DNA of 63,357 nucleotides, counting the filler, from Octopus bimaculoides (Eukaryota): NCBI RefSeq assembly GCF_001194135.2. It is 6 parts of 6 records of this genome, joined end to end, with 100 filler letters (N's around TTAATTAATTAA, not from the genome) between each part and the next. Parts side by side here need not be neighbours in the genome. Positions count along the whole stretch, not along the records: positions 1 to 26,292 come from NC_068991.1; positions 26,393 to 43,156 come from NC_068992.1; 4 more parts are not named here. One strand, written 5' to 3'. This document shows, piece after piece, positions 26,280 through 40,131 of this stretch (position 1 is the first letter of the stretch; every line of letters begins with the position of its first letter). Below the pieces are notes generated by a model. It made no database searches and was not told the origin of the DNA. It saw only the letters and a program-made list of their open reading frames with translations. Made by a program: the position numbers and the translations under genes.

Positions 26280-26565
26280 GTATATATATATANNNNNNNN
26301 NNNNNNNNNNNNNNNNNNNNNNNNNNNNNNNNNNNNTTAATTAATTAANNNNNNNNNNNNNNNNNNNNNNNNNNNNNNNNNNNNNNNNNNNNATATATAT
26401 ATATATATATATATACAGGATAACCTTTCAGTTTCCGTCTACCAGATCCACTCACAAGACTTTGCTTTGCTCGGGACTATAGGTAGAAATTGGCCAAGAT
26501 GCCACGCAATGGAGCTGAATTCGGCATCTTCACCTTTGGAGACAAACTTCTTACCACGAACCAGG
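25915..26565 (-). mobile_element. Composite SINE spanning the first linker
   Basis: 3' module at 25915-26130, then microsatellite, linker, and head at 26415-26565, all in the same orientation. Confidence 0.65.
26293..26392. other. Artificial assembly linker N44-TTAATTAATTAA-N44 (also at 43157-43256, 49977-50076, 54237-54336, 60929-61028)
   Basis: Five copies with identical geometry. The palindrome contains stop codons in all six frames. Confidence 0.97.
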
Positions 26566-26599
26566 TGTACTCTTAGATATATCCGTAACATTTTTCATT

Positions 26600-26700
26600 G
26601 CTTACATAGTGAATTTATTCCTTGTATTTATTTGTACTTATAGTGAATTTATTCGCTGTATTTAATTGTACTTATAGTGAATTTACTCCTTGTGCTTATT
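26600..26700. repeat. 34-bp minisatellite, three copies
   Basis: tagtgaattta at 26607, 26641 and 26675. Confidence 0.85.
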
Positions 26701-27222
26701 TCGATGCTTATCATTAGTCTCTGTGGTGAACTAATGGATAGTACTAAACTCTCAAACACTGCAGTATTTAATTTATGTTTGGTAAAATGGAAGCGGTTTC
26801 AACAGGCAGGCATAAATGGGATGAAATGACGTATGAAAAATGACCAATAGCCTCGACAAAGAGTCGACCTGCCTTGAAATCGAAAATATCTTCATCTGCA
26901 ATGACTTCTTTGAGGGCAAAAGTGTGCAACGAATGGTTCAATATTCCTATACTGTGAAACAGATTTTCCTGTTAGATTTTCATTGAACAAACTTACATTC
27001 GTTTTGGAATGTTATACAGACGAACAATAATATAATTTTATAGTTACTTGTGACATTTCACAATGCAAAAACGTGAAGTAATATTTGATACATTATATAA
27101 TCAGTTCCCTTATTATTTTTTGTTGTTTTATCTCGGGTGGGTCATTATGCCAATTATAAACATATGAACCGATTCAATTTCACATTATAATTATTATTTA
27201 TAAATTACTTAACTATTTAACC

Positions 27223-27467
27223 CAGTGTTTCTCAATTATATTTTACCTATGGACCGTTTTATTTTCACTTATAATGGAATGGATCCTCATAACATTTCGA
27301 TGCTTTTAAAAAACTTAATTTTTATAGTTGAATATTATTGGGAATTGTGTAAAAAATATTGTGAAAATATTTTATGTATTGTAGAAGACCAATTTATTGC
27401 ACACGAATTTTAACAAAACCTTTCACGGACCCCAAAGGACCATATGGACACCGGTTGAGAACTACTG
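27223..27467. mobile_element. hAT-type MITE with perfect 8-bp TSD
   Basis: TIRs cagtgtttctcaa / ttgagaactactg. ATTTAACC at both 27215-27222 and 27468-27475. Confidence 0.92.
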
Positions 27468-29520
27468 ATTTAACCAAATAACGTATCGATTGTTCGATTG
27501 ATTGGTTCGGTTAATCAATCCATCAGTTAGGTCGTCAAAGTTCTTTCGTTGCCTTTTATGACTTCTTCTAAATCATGCCCTTTTTAATCCAGGTCTATTT
27601 CAAATAAGTAATGAAAAAGTGAACCAAAAGCAGCGCATGTGTTCAGGTTTGGGATAATGACCTTCCTGAAATACAGCAACAAGTGTATGCGTGTATGCTC
27701 AACAAATACAAAATTTTGATGTCTTCATCTGAGATAAAACTTTCAGGCGGTAAAATTTTGCAAAGTAGTATGCATTCAGTTGCGCTAAAAGGAAAATGCA
27801 TTTAATACTTTCGTCTTCAGTTCTGTTAGTCACGTCGATGAAATCTAGGAATCGGTACTTTCTGATTGTTCTGTTATTCGAACGTACTAGAGATTACATT
27901 GTTTCTTGTAGTTTGTCTATCTGGAAGAAGCAATAAAAAACTGTGTGACATTACCAGCTTATTTCTTCAATTATTTACATAAAGTTAAAAACCATTTCCT
28001 GAATAATAAATAGCTTGGGTGAGTCGCAAGTGCTGCTATGAAATATCGACATTCCAAACACTTACCGTTTCCTCTATATTCTTCATGTTTCATTGCATGG
28101 CTGTCTGAGTTACGATGCGTCAACTGAATTCTGATTTGTGATTAATAACTTGTTTTATGAGATTCTTTCATTACGACGTTGAAATTTGACAGTGCATATC
28201 CTAACGATTCCACAAGGAAAAAAAAAGTTAAACTTTCTTTTCTAACTCTTCTTGACTGTTATTTCTTTTATTTATATGATTGTTAGTTGTGTATCAAATG
28301 ATACTTCTCTACATTTACGTGACAAGATGTAATAATAAGATTTATTGAACTACGTTTCGGAAATCATTGTAGAAATTTTAAAAAAATAAAAATAAAAATA
28401 AAACATTTAAAGTTGGTTCGAATTTCTTCGGGCAATACTAGAGATGGCTAAGAAATATAAAGAATATATTCAAATATATTCAGTTGTTCAAATCGAGCCA
28501 CTGTCTACTCAAGGGTTCATTGAATCGGTACAATTTGTATTACAAGAGCACTTACTTGATGTGCATAGCTTACACTACCACTACATTTGTGTCCTAAAAC
28601 AGGGATATCATTTCTGGCTTTGGTGCTTTTCCTTCACCACCATTTCCCCCCCTTTAATAATGTTCATAGATAAATCGGTATAACTTTAGACATTTCATCT
28701 ACTAAAATATAAAACGCAACGAAGAAACCAGGAGAACATCTTTAATATCGCTAGCTCTCACTGAAATCAAACCTCTGTTTCTAAAATTAATATGAATACT
28801 TCCCAGGTGCATCAAAAAATCTATGTTTCGAGAACTAACCTAGATCTCTTACAGGGGCATCCGACTAATTTTTTTGCTGCTTAACTGTATACCGAATGTA
28901 TTCTTGGCATGCACTGCTTACATATGCTATGTACATTAACACCATTAACATTAGAAATTGAGCGTGCTGGTTTTGAACTGCGAAAATAAATATCGCCGTA
29001 TTATATAGTGTAATTGATGTAGACGGCCATTCACCTCTCACAGAGACTACTAGCTCTACTCACAGATTATAATTATTCGCTGGAAAATTAAGATCATTTT
29101 GCCTTGTAGCCGTTGCAGCATAAACATCTTCCAATTTCTCAGTCTTATAAACAGACACATGGGATTTCTATAAATCAATTAACTCTTTACAAAATCGTCG
29201 AACACAAAGAGAAATATATTTCCCTTGTTACTCGTTGAGTAAATAAAAAAGATTTTAATGTTAAACTATTTAAGAATATTAAGGCATTAACCTCAAACAA
29301 AGCAGCTTATCTATCATGAGATTGTTATTTCGTGGCCCATAACCATTATAAATTCATTGAATAAGTTGGGAAACGTGTTAACAAAAACACTCTTAGGTAA
29401 GCAAAGGGGATTAACAAGTGCATTTGTTTTTTAAATCTGGGAAAGCAGAGATAAAATATGCAGCATTCCTAAAGTAGTTTAACAAAGAGAAGTGATTCTA
29501 TTTATATACAGGACGTAAAG

Positions 29521-30000
29521 GCGGCGAGCTGGCAGAAGCGTTAGCACGCCGGACGAAATGCTTAGCGGTGTGTCGTCTGCCGTTGCGTTCTGAGTTCAAA
29601 TTCCGCCGAGGTCGACTTTGCCTTTCATCCTTTCGGGTTCGATAAATTAAGTACCAGTTACGCACTGGGGTCGATGTAATCGACTTAATCCGTTTGTCTG
29701 TCCTTGTTTGTCCCCTCTATGTTTAGCCCCTCGTGGGCAATAAGGAAATAAGAAGTGATTCTATTTATATACAGGACGTAAAGGCGGTGAGTTGGCAGAA
29801 TCGTTAGCACGCTGGACGAAACGCTGAGTGACATTTCATCCGTCTTTAATTACTCAGTTCAAATTCCACCGAGTTCCACTTTGCCTTTAATCCTTACGGG
29901 TCCAATAAAATAAGTACCATTTCAATATTGGGGTGGATGTAATCGATTTACCCACTTCCTCGAAACTACAGCGGGATTTGTGCCAAAATTTGAAACCAAT
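29521..30000 (+). mobile_element. Young Deu/Nin SINE (29521-29750) inserted at the head of an older copy (29781-30000)
   Basis: The first copy is near consensus with a distinct tail. A 33-37 bp direct repeat lies at 29488 and 29751. Confidence 0.9.
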
Positions 30001-30005
30001 ATATA

Positions 30006-30500
30006 CAGGGTTTCCCAGAATTAACCATCTATTTCAGTGAAATTGGACAAGTTTTTTTTTTAAATTTACCTCTATTTATGTTTATCATATTTAAATGTTT
30101 TAAAGTCTACACATGTTTAATTTTATGTATAATTTTATAATTCTAATAATTACTTTTTAAAACTTTATTTTCATTCCAGTTGTATCCCGCTTATATATCC
30201 ACGATGGCTTCTTTTTAAAATTCGGCTTCACCCATTTTTTTCTACGTCCCTCCTCAGAACGTAAAGAAAGCATTCAGTTAGCAGTGCAGGAGATAACTGC
30301 TGAATTGCTTCAAAATATTTTTCGCAACACTAAGGATACGTTCAAAATTTGCAGTGATACAGACGGAACACATGTTGAAAATCTTCAATAAAATTTTGAT
30401 ATCAGATTTATATATCTATAAAGTTATAAACATAAAAGTCTCTCATTTTTGTTTTTAATGTCTCAGATTTCATTGAAATAGTCAAATCTGGGACATCCTG
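30006..30500 (+). mobile_element. Internally deleted Tc1/mariner element with both TIRs
   Basis: TA-cagggtttcccaga...tatttcagtgaaa / tttcattgaaatag...tctgggacatcctg-TA. Retains a transposase C-terminus (AVQEITAELLQNIF...CSDTDGTHVENL*). Confidence 0.85.
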
Positions 30501-31597
30501 TACTTTATGATTTAGACATGAAATTGTGTTTTTAAAGAACCGATACGGGTTCACTTATTTTTAATGATGTAATTGACTGACACTCGATTTATCATTCTTG
30601 CATTGCTTACAGGCTAAATTCACCACGGTGGGGATCTGCCCAGATAATTTGAACCGGATTTTAATCTACTGCGTTTGTACTTTAGTTAAAAATAAGGCGC
30701 TTATGAAATTGTCACAAAGCAAACAGATATGATATATGAGAGAAGTCAAGTTAATCGTTTTTGTTACATGATGCTCTATATATTTTACTGATTTCCAAAG
30801 ACTGGATTGCAAAGTCAACTTGAGTGCGATTTGGAATGAGAAAGTAAAAGCAACAAATTGTAAGCGCTGTATGGTATAGGGTGCAACAGCAACGTAATGT
30901 TTCAGCTGCTGTGACAACTAAGCATACATTAGTAATGGATGCTCAGATGGACAAGGGAGTTTCTTCAAATGTTCTTTGTTCTTCTCAAATCACATTCAAA
31001 GTGCTAATTTTATACTATAGAAATGAGAGAATAACGATTATTTCACCGCGTAAGGATTCTATTATATATCCATACATAAGAACTGAGAATAATTCAAATA
31101 TCCTATACATACCAACTTTCTGGGAAATGTACAGAACGCCAGAAAAATCTCTTTATACTGGAAATGTTACACCCAATGTAGAGATATAAATTTTTGTAGG
31201 CGCCGTTATGACACAATAGCGCTATTTTAGAAGTGAATTAAGTACACTTCTAAATACAAATTAGTATTATTGATATCTATTTTTTTTTAATGGAAAGTGA
31301 GAAGGTTCTTATTTCATTATTTCATTTCGTTGCTATTATGTTAAACTGCTGTATGTCCAGATTTGGCCAAATACGTTTTTCAATTTTTTATTTATTTTTG
31401 GTATTTACTCGTATTTACTCTAACAGTCTTTTATTAAACCGTAAAGTTATGGGAACATAAAGGAACCAGCACTAGGTATCAAGGGGCTGGAGTGACAAAC
31501 ACGCAGACACACACACGCAGACACACACACACACACACACTCTCACACACACACTCAAACACAAACACACACATGTATATATATATATATATATATA

Positions 31598-31815
31598 CAG
31601 TAATCCCTCGCCGTATCGCAGTTCATCCATCGCAGTTGAATACTTAAACTTACGTCGATCCCTCCGTAGTGTTGTTTTGAATTTATAATTAAAAATATAT
31701 ACAAATTATAAAAATGATAAAATAATATACAGTGCAGTACTGTTTCTACTTCGCAAATTTTCACTTATCGCAAGGTGTTTGGAACGTAACACCAGCGATA
31801 GTCGATAGATTACTG
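31598..31815. mobile_element. pogo/Tigger-like MITE
   Basis: TA-cagtaatccctcgccgtatcgc ... gcgatagtcgatagattactg-TA terminal inverted repeats. Confidence 0.8.
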
Positions 31816-32844
31816 TATATATATATTATTCAGAAAAAGCCCTAGATGCTTAATGTTAAATATCCCCTACATTATGATAGTAGTAAAGAAAAACCAACCT
31901 AAAATTGCGTTGCCACTATAACCAAAGGAATCTTTATAACTATATCCATGTATAATGCTTATACCTTCCCTTTCCTTATAAGTGAATGTTTGACTGCGCC
32001 CCTTAAACTTTAAATCACGAGATAAGAAACAAATAAAATCAGTGAGAGTTAGAATTCTACCTAGAATGAATTACTAGCCTGCAGGTTTTTTGCGTATTCT
32101 TCTTTCCCACTTAAATTTTAAATGTTGTCACAACAGTAATATGTCCATTCTGCTGAAATTAAATTTTCAATAAATTTTCTATATCCTTGTGCAGCTGAAG
32201 ATTGCTCTGCATTTTGCATTCAATGAAATGCTCGCATTACTTAAATAAATGGAGTAGCATGAAACGTACGTACTGCAATAACCTTTAAAATCTGTGTTGT
32301 CTTTTTTTTTTTTTGATTACCTTGTTTTCGGAATTGTTTGGATAATACCATACTATATTCTGGTGCCTAAACATTTGTGCCACATTCAATTTTGAATCTA
32401 NNNNNNNNNNNNNNNNNNNNNNNNNNNNNNNNNNNNNNNNNNNNNNNNNNNNNNNNNNNNNNNNNNNNNNNNNNNNNNNNNNNNNNNNNNNNNNNNNNNN
32501 NNNNNNNNNNNNNNNNNNNNNNNNNNNNNNNNNNNNNNNNNNNNNNNNNNNNNNNNNNNNNNNNNNNNNNNNNNNNNNNNNNNNNNNNNNNNNNNNNNNN
32601 NNNNNNNNNNNNNNNNNNNNNNNNNNNNNNNNNNNNNNNNNNNNNNNNNNNNNNNNNNNNNNNNNNNNNNNNNNNNNNNNNNNNNNNNNNNNNNNNNNNN
32701 NNNNNNNNNNNNNNNNNNNNNNNNNNNNNNNNNNNNNNNNNNNNNNNNNNNNNNNNNNNNNNNNNNNNNNNNNNNNNNNNNNNNNNNNNNNNNNNNNNNN
32801 NNNNNNNNNNNNNNNNNNNNNNNNNNNNNNNNNNNNNNNNNNNN

Positions 32845-32884
<40 letters not shown>

Positions 32885-33935
32885 GATGGGCAACTACACG
32901 GTTTCCGTCTACTAAATTCACTCAGAAGACATGGGTAGTTCCAGCGCTAAAGAAGTAGGCACTCGTCACATGATCACGCAGTGAGAGTGAGTACAGCAGC
33001 CGTTCACCACGAGAAAGCTTGTTCCACCACGCACCAGGCAATACATCCGACAGGATTCCACTGAGCTTCCTTTTTTCTTACCGAGGAGGCTTGGAGTAAC
33101 TTGGGAGCAATAAGATTAATTTTGAGACCCTCTGACAGTAAGGCAAATTTCTTAAGCAATCCATCCAGGGCATCCGCATTCAGAACGTTTCATCTTCTTT
33201 AGTATTCAACCTCATCGAATGAAGAAGTAATAGTAACGAAATGTCTAAACACTAAATCTAAATCCTATTCTTCAAGTTCATAAATTCTTGATACAAATCC
33301 AAGATATGGAAACCCAAGCAAAGAAAACTAAATTGAAAATGAATAAACGCCATAGCTCATTCTTGCATTTGGGTGAAGTTTTATAATTGAACCAAATATT
33401 TCAGACAGCTCTAAGACACTAAGTTTAATCACACTAATATAATCACTTCGTGTTCAATACTTTTCCATGATAGACATCAGATATTCACAACGCAGGTTAT
33501 AAATGTCAGCATAGAATAGTCAATAAGGTACTAGGTCAAACTGCTTAGTAATCGATTTTTCTATGCTATATCGAATGATATATATATCTATTGCAGGAAA
33601 ATCGCAATAGCACACAGTTGTATTGTTTAATGATAGTATCGGTTCTGCATAATATAAGTGTAATTATTTAACATTGGCATGACACGTAGTATTAAAATTA
33701 TACACACGCGCGCGCGTACACACACATATGTATATGTTAAAATTATATTCATATTCGTTGTATATATTTAGCTATAATAAGAACATTTTTACGTAATCTG
33801 ATGGATTACTCATTACTTTTGTACTTCTACAATAGCTTAGCTTGCTTAAATTTCCCTCTCACTTTCAACAATATATATATGCATGTATGTATGCATATAT
33901 ATATATGTATGTATATATGCATATATATATATATA

Positions 33936-34000
<65 letters not shown>

Positions 34001-34526
34001 ATTTATATATATATATATATATNNNNNNNNNNNNNNNNNNNNNNNNNNNNNNNNNNNNNNNNNNNNNNNNNNNNNNNNNNNNNNNNNNNNNNNNNNNNNN
34101 NNNNNNNNNNNNNNNNNNNNNNNNNNNNNNNNNNNNNNNNNNNNNNNNNNNNNNNNNNNNNNNNNNNNNNNNNNNNNNNNNNNNNNNNNNNNNNNNNNNN
34201 NNNNNNNNNNNNNNNNNNNNNNNNNNNNNNNNNNNNNNNNNNNNNNNNNNNNNNNNNNNNNNNNNNNNNNNNNNNNNNNNNNNNNNNNNNNNNNNNNNNN
34301 NNNNNNNNNNNNNNNNNNNNNNNNNNNNNNNNNNNNNNNNNNNNNNNNNNNNNNNNNNNNNNNNNNNNNNNNNNNNNNNNNNNNNNNNNNNNNNNNNNNN
34401 NNNNNNNNNNNNNNNNNNNNNNNNNNNNNNNNNNNNNNNNNNNNNNNNNNNNNNNNNNNNNNNNNNNNNNNNNNNNNNNNNNNNNNNNNNNNNNNNNNNN
34501 NNNNNNNNNNNNNNNNNNNNNNNNNN

Positions 34527-34571
<45 letters not shown>

Positions 34572-34811
34572 GTATGTGTGTGTATGTCTGTGCGTCTGTC
34601 TGTGTTTGTCCCCCCAACATCACTTGACAACCGATGCTGGTGTGTTTACGTCCCCGTAACTTAGCTGTTCGGCAAAAGAGAACGATAGAATAAGTACTAG
34701 TCTTGCAAAGAATAAGTCCTGGGGTCGATTTGCTCGACTAAACGCGGTGCTACAACATGGCCACAGTCAAATGACTGAAACAAGTAAAAGAGAAAAAGAG
34801 CAAAAGAGTAA

Positions 34812-35000
34812 GTGTGTCCGCGAAGGAGATAGCAATTCTGCAAAGGTATTCACCACATAGTCATGTTCATCAGAGATGCTGCGCAACTAACACACCTCTG
34901 ATTCGTAGATGATATCGTGCTCATCCCCAAAACCACAGTTTAGCTGCTGAGCATTTTGGCAGACATCTACACCAGTAGTCTTTTGAGGCTGTAAATAGGT
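34812..35000 (+). mobile_element. Short RTE-like RT remnant
   Basis: VREGDSNSAKVF and HL*FVDDIVLI resemble GVRQGD..SPKLF and HLRFADDIVL. Confidence 0.55.
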
Positions 35001-36164
35001 ATATGAGAAAAAGCATAGAATGTATTATGAATAGCCTAATTTAGTTAGAACAGGCTGAACAACTGAAGTAACTAGTATGATAGCAGCTCAACACTTTAAT
35101 CACATTCCCCTGGATCATAAGCAGATATTAAACGACTCTATTGTAGAAAGAAAAATTAAACGTTACGACATATTTTCTGTGGATATACGCAAGTTGAATA
35201 ACTTGGTCTACACTTGTATTCTTTTAGTAATTGAAAATGCGAATATATTTGGCAAAAATGTATTCATACAGGATGATAAGAAATACCAGTGGTGAACAAA
35301 AGACTGGAAGGCTAAATTAAAGAATGGGATAGAAATTTTCTGTACTGAAGAATGTAAGATAACCCATATTAGAATAGGTAATCTTTCAAGAAATATATAA
35401 GATGAATACGTTACACAGGATAATATAAATATAACATCAACAATGCGCAAACACATCAACAAACACTGGAAATATTTAAGCAAATAATAAATTTTCAAAT
35501 GCACAGAATTAGGGAAATGTGAGTCTTTAAAAATACATTCTTTTCAAAATAATCCCACCAAATGCGAAAAGAACATGTAGATAAGATACCTATTATAGAA
35601 AAACTTCGAAACATTTCGGAAATCAATGTTTGAAAAAGAATATAAATTTAATAGAAATAAAAACGAGAGAGAGGATTATGTTACTGCAACAGTGGAAGCT
35701 GGAAACATACATAAATAAGCCAATGAATGGATAGATAAATAAATAAATAGAAACATTTAAAACATTATAGGAAGCATAATAACAAGGGTAGGTAACATAA
35801 GCTCAAAGTCATATATTTTAGAGGGTGGAGGAGTCAGTTGAATCAGTCTCAGAAATTAACTGGTTCTTAATTGTATTAATCCTTGTAAAATTAAACAATG
35901 TTAATTTTGGAATTGCCGGCTAAATACCGCAACTAATTTTTGGTGGTGTTCCAACGAGTATACAAATCGATCAGTTAAAATAGTTTCTTGCAGAGACCCA
36001 GAACGAGATTTCAATTCTGAAAGCAACAAGGTACTACTAAATACCGCAACAATTCTAGTTCGATGCTACTCCGTTACTTTAACTAAACACCGAAATTTTT
36101 ATCGCAGATATAGATACAAGAGATCTTACGCAGATATAGATACAAGAGAACTTACGTCTTAACA

Positions 36165-36665
36165 TACAAAATTCAAAGTGCGACTTTGCCTTTCATCATT
36201 TCGGGAACGATACAATAATACCAGTTGAGCAATGGAGTCGAAGTAATCGAGTTAAACCCTCTTACGAAATTACTATCCTGGTACCAAAACAATTTGAAAC
36301 TGATTTAATAGATTTTCGTGGCAGTAAACCAGCAGACGCGTTACCGCCCTGGACAAAATACTTATGATATTCTTCTGATTTGTAATATTGCACTTCAAAT
36401 ACCAGACTTAATTCAATTTTGGCTTTCATCTTTTCACAGTCGATACAATTAGTACCAGTTAAGCACGGGGGTTTCATGTAATCGACTTATTTCCTCTCTT
36501 GTGCCAAAATGTGTAATCATAAGTTCAATTGAAGCTGAGGTCGACAAGCTAGCAAACAAAAAGGACAAGTCGACCTCGGTGGAATTTGAACTCAGAACGT
36601 AACGGTAGACGTAATACTGGCACGCATTTCGCCCGGCGTGCTAACGTTTCTGCCAGCTCGCCGCT
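36165..36665. mobile_element. Cluster of three SINE copies (two +, one - with an internal deletion)
   Basis: Core motifs at 36170-36300 and 36320-36510; reverse head at 36560-36665. Confidence 0.7.
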
Positions 36666-37219
36666 AGACATTCCACATTTGCTGTGTTCATTACAATAAG
36701 AAGCAGCTTCATATCATCAAACGTCTGCTTCGAAATTGTTACTTTTTCCCCTCCAAGCTGGAAATGATTGTTTCATCGTAGAATACAGAACGGACCATAT
36801 GATCTGACACATTTATTGGAGTTTTTTTTAGGTCACTAACACAGAATACATCCACAATTTACAAGTGAGAAAACCATTCGATAAATATACTTGATTCCTC
36901 AAACAAACGTGCACATTTCAACTTGAATTATAGAAGTGATTTGTCACGAACTCTATAGTGAGAAAATCGCCGTTCTTTTATAACTTTCCCTTTGGTCATT
37001 CTGCAACGGAACACTTACAGACAAATATACAAAAGAAACAAACCAAACACACTATACTGAAATAAACGCACGGAGTCACTCATTCAGAACCACTCTCTCT
37101 CTCTCTCTTTTTCTCTCTATCTTTCGCTCTCTCTTTCTCTCTCTCTCACTTTATCTCTCACATACACACTCACACAAACACACATAGACACACGCTTCTC
37201 TCACACGGAGGTACACCCA

Positions 37220-37347
37220 TATGTATGTATGTATGTATGTATGAATCTGTCTGTCTGTCTGTTTGTTTATCTATCTATCTATCTATCTATCAAGCTATCT
37301 GTCCAGTAATCTATCTATCTATCAATCCATTTGTCTGTCTGTCTGTC

Positions 37348-37378
<31 letters not shown>

Positions 37379-37535
37379 ATCTATCTATCGATCAATCTAT
37401 CTATCTATCAAGCTATCTGTCCAGTTGTCCATCTATCTATCTGTCTGTCCGTCTATCTGTCTGTCTCTATCTATCTATTAATCAATCAATCTACATCTAT
37501 CTATCTGTCTGTCTGCCTGACTCTCTCTCTCTCCC

Positions 37536-37604
<69 letters not shown>

Positions 37605-37605
37605 G
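37220..37605. repeat. Compound (ATGT)/(CTGT)/(ATCT)n microsatellite
   Basis: Direct observation. Confidence 0.95.
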
Positions 37606-38385
37606 TGTACGTGTGCGCGTATAATCACAGCTGAGGTTTCTCTTCGAGAAAAGGAAACGGCAATTTCGCAAAAGGTAATAAAGATCTACAAGATGTTTTC
37701 TGTTTGCTAGATTTGGAAAAAAATCCCAATGAGTTTGAGAGTGTGTGTGTGGGGGGGGGGTGTACGTGTGTGTGCGTGTGTGTACAAACACACACAAGCG
37801 CGCGCACACATGCACACCCACACACACCCAAACACACACACACACTCATATATATTCGTAGGCCTGTATGTTTGTAATTACCTTCCATACTTAAATATAT
37901 ATATGTATATATTTCGAAGACTCATATTGTTTTGAATGCTCGAAATGAGGAAAAGACAGACCGCCTACAACTGATGAAGGGTCTTTCTTTGTGTTACTTG
38001 TCCTTTTTTCCATTTTCTTCTGTCGTTGTTTGCGTATTTAACTCGTTTGTTTTCGTGTTTCATATTGTTTAAACAGTTGGTGACGCCCTGTACCCATATA
38101 TGCATATATATATATATATANNNNNNNNNNNNNNNNNNNNNNNNNNNNNNNNNNNNNNNNNNNNNNNNNNNNNNNNNNNNNNNNNNNNNNNNNNNNNNNN
38201 NNNNNNNNNNNNNNNNNNNNNNNNNNNNNNNNNNNNNNNNNNNNNNNNNNNNNNNNNNNNNNNNNNNNNNNNNNNNNNNNNNNNNNNNNNNNNNNNTATA
38301 TAGGGAGAGATATATAGGTATAGATAGGTATATACTTAGAGATACAGGCAGGCAGATTGACAGATAGATATATAGCTATATATAT

Positions 38386-38617
38386 ATTGTGTTGTCCGGA
38401 AAGTTCGTGTCGATTTTTAAAAGAAAGAAAAAGGTCAATAAATACTTTCAATTACATTTTTAATCAACCAAATATGAACCATTTTGTTGCACAATGCGTC
38501 TCCATCTTTCCTTTAACTTGAAAATACCCTCTTCCCAGAATTGAGTTGGTTTCATGGCAAATAAATCGAAAGGTAAGCTACTATAAATCGGCACGAACTT
38601 TACGGACAACCCAAGAT
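38386..38617 (-). mobile_element. mariner-derived MITE
   Basis: TIRs ttgtgttgtccggaaagttcgtgtcgattt / aaatcggcacgaactttacggacaacccaa. The minus strand retains QFWEEGIFKLKERWRRIVQQNGSYLVD*. Confidence 0.88.
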
Positions 38618-38675
38618 ATGCGTGCGAGTGCGTGTGTTTGTGTGTGTGTGTCTTTTTGCGTGTGTATGTGTGTGC

Positions 38676-38727
<52 letters not shown>

Positions 38728-40093
38728 GTAGGTAGGTAGATAGATAGATAGATAGATAGATAACAGTCAAGCAGATTGACTGAAAGACAGATAAAGAAAG
38801 ATAGAGGGAGTCGGGAGAGAATATTTGTTGTTTCTTTTAGTAGTAACTATTTTTTCCCATCGAAATTTTTGTTTCAGTTGAACTAATATTAAATCCTACT
38901 ACAGGAAATAACAACGAAGGAGGACGTGAATGGAAAAAGAATTAAAAATTACACTTTTCTTCGCTGTATGTTTTACCTTCCTTATTTATTTCCTTACGGA
39001 CCGAATCGGAGACGTTGGTTTTGCGGGAAAACAATCAATCACGCAAATTGTAAATGCAATGACAACATTTCAGAATAAACCGTCTAAAATTGTAACATTA
39101 TTCGTCTCTCTTTACCATGCGTAAGCAATTTTTTTCCTGCTTCCTTTGAAATATATTGTATATTTTTATTCCCTGTCTGTGTTTTATTAACATTTTCACG
39201 ATAATGCGACTTTGGTTTAGTCAAGGTTAGCACTCACTAAACAGGATTATGATAAAGTGCGTTCCGGCCATATCTGTGCCATTTCAGGAATGATAGCTAG
39301 TGGCGGTCGGCTTCGATTGATACTTTGAGGAGGATGGCACTTTATGTCAGCAGTGTAAGCTTGTCCAGACGGCAAAACGCAAAAAGTTGACATCAAATTC
39401 AAGGATTCTCCGAATGGCCCACACATTGCCTCCGCCGTTGAACCAAACCAATTTGGTAATTCCTCTCCGAGTGTTGTTTATCAAGGACTCTATTATATAA
39501 TGTAGGTATCATTTTTCAGATGATTGGAGGATTATGAGATCTGAGGTGAATTGCCTGTAATATCTTGTAGATAATCACTGTTATATTTGGCAGATTCTCT
39601 GTTAATCACTGTTATTGCTTCTTCCATCAGCTGAAATAAATTCATTCTTAAGAAAACCTAATACTGCTCTTATCGAACAGTTGAACGATCAAAGACATTA
39701 GTGACGATCGTTTCATCTTTCTATCAGCCATATTGCGTTTAGACTCCATTTTAACCAATATGGTTTTTTACAATGTGTGAGGAGAAGTAGAATTAACCGC
39801 AAAATGTGGCAGGTCAAACGACTTCTTATTGGTATTGTCGTTTGTTCGGAGAGGTGAGATAATTGCTTTGATGTGCTGTGTCACTCTATATAAAAGGCCA
39901 AGTCACATGTCACCTTTTATTAGCGGCTTTTATCACGCAAGCGAAACAACGTTAAAGTAGGTGGCTAGCAAACGATAGAAAGTTAGTTTGTGACAGCTGT
40001 AGATTTAAGAGGTTAGTGAGGTTAAGGACGAGCTGTTTATTACATTATCCGTAAAAGGCAATCTTCAGAGTGTATGCGAATGTGGTACATATA

Positions 40094-40131
<38 letters not shown>

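Noticed and set aside
28545-28600. 38-nt minus-strand micro-exon (GHKCSGSVSYAHQ) with good splice sites
   Set aside because: No recognisable homology or partner exon; such sites are expected by chance.
29521-29600. tRNA gene
   Set aside because: A/B-box-like SINE head with no cloverleaf; it continues directly into the SINE core.
33070-33190. Minus-strand frame VLNADALDGLLKKFALLSEGLKINLIAPKLLQASS ending at GTAAGA
   Set aside because: There is an in-frame stop just upstream with no acceptor for the long form, and no family is recognised.
37940-37990. CGAAA...CTGATGA as a permuted hammerhead
   Set aside because: I could not build stems I and III or an NUH site.
39320-39500. CQQCK...LPPP frame resembling a gypsy integrase zinc finger
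   Set aside because: Too short, and no other LTR-retrotransposon motifs are nearby.
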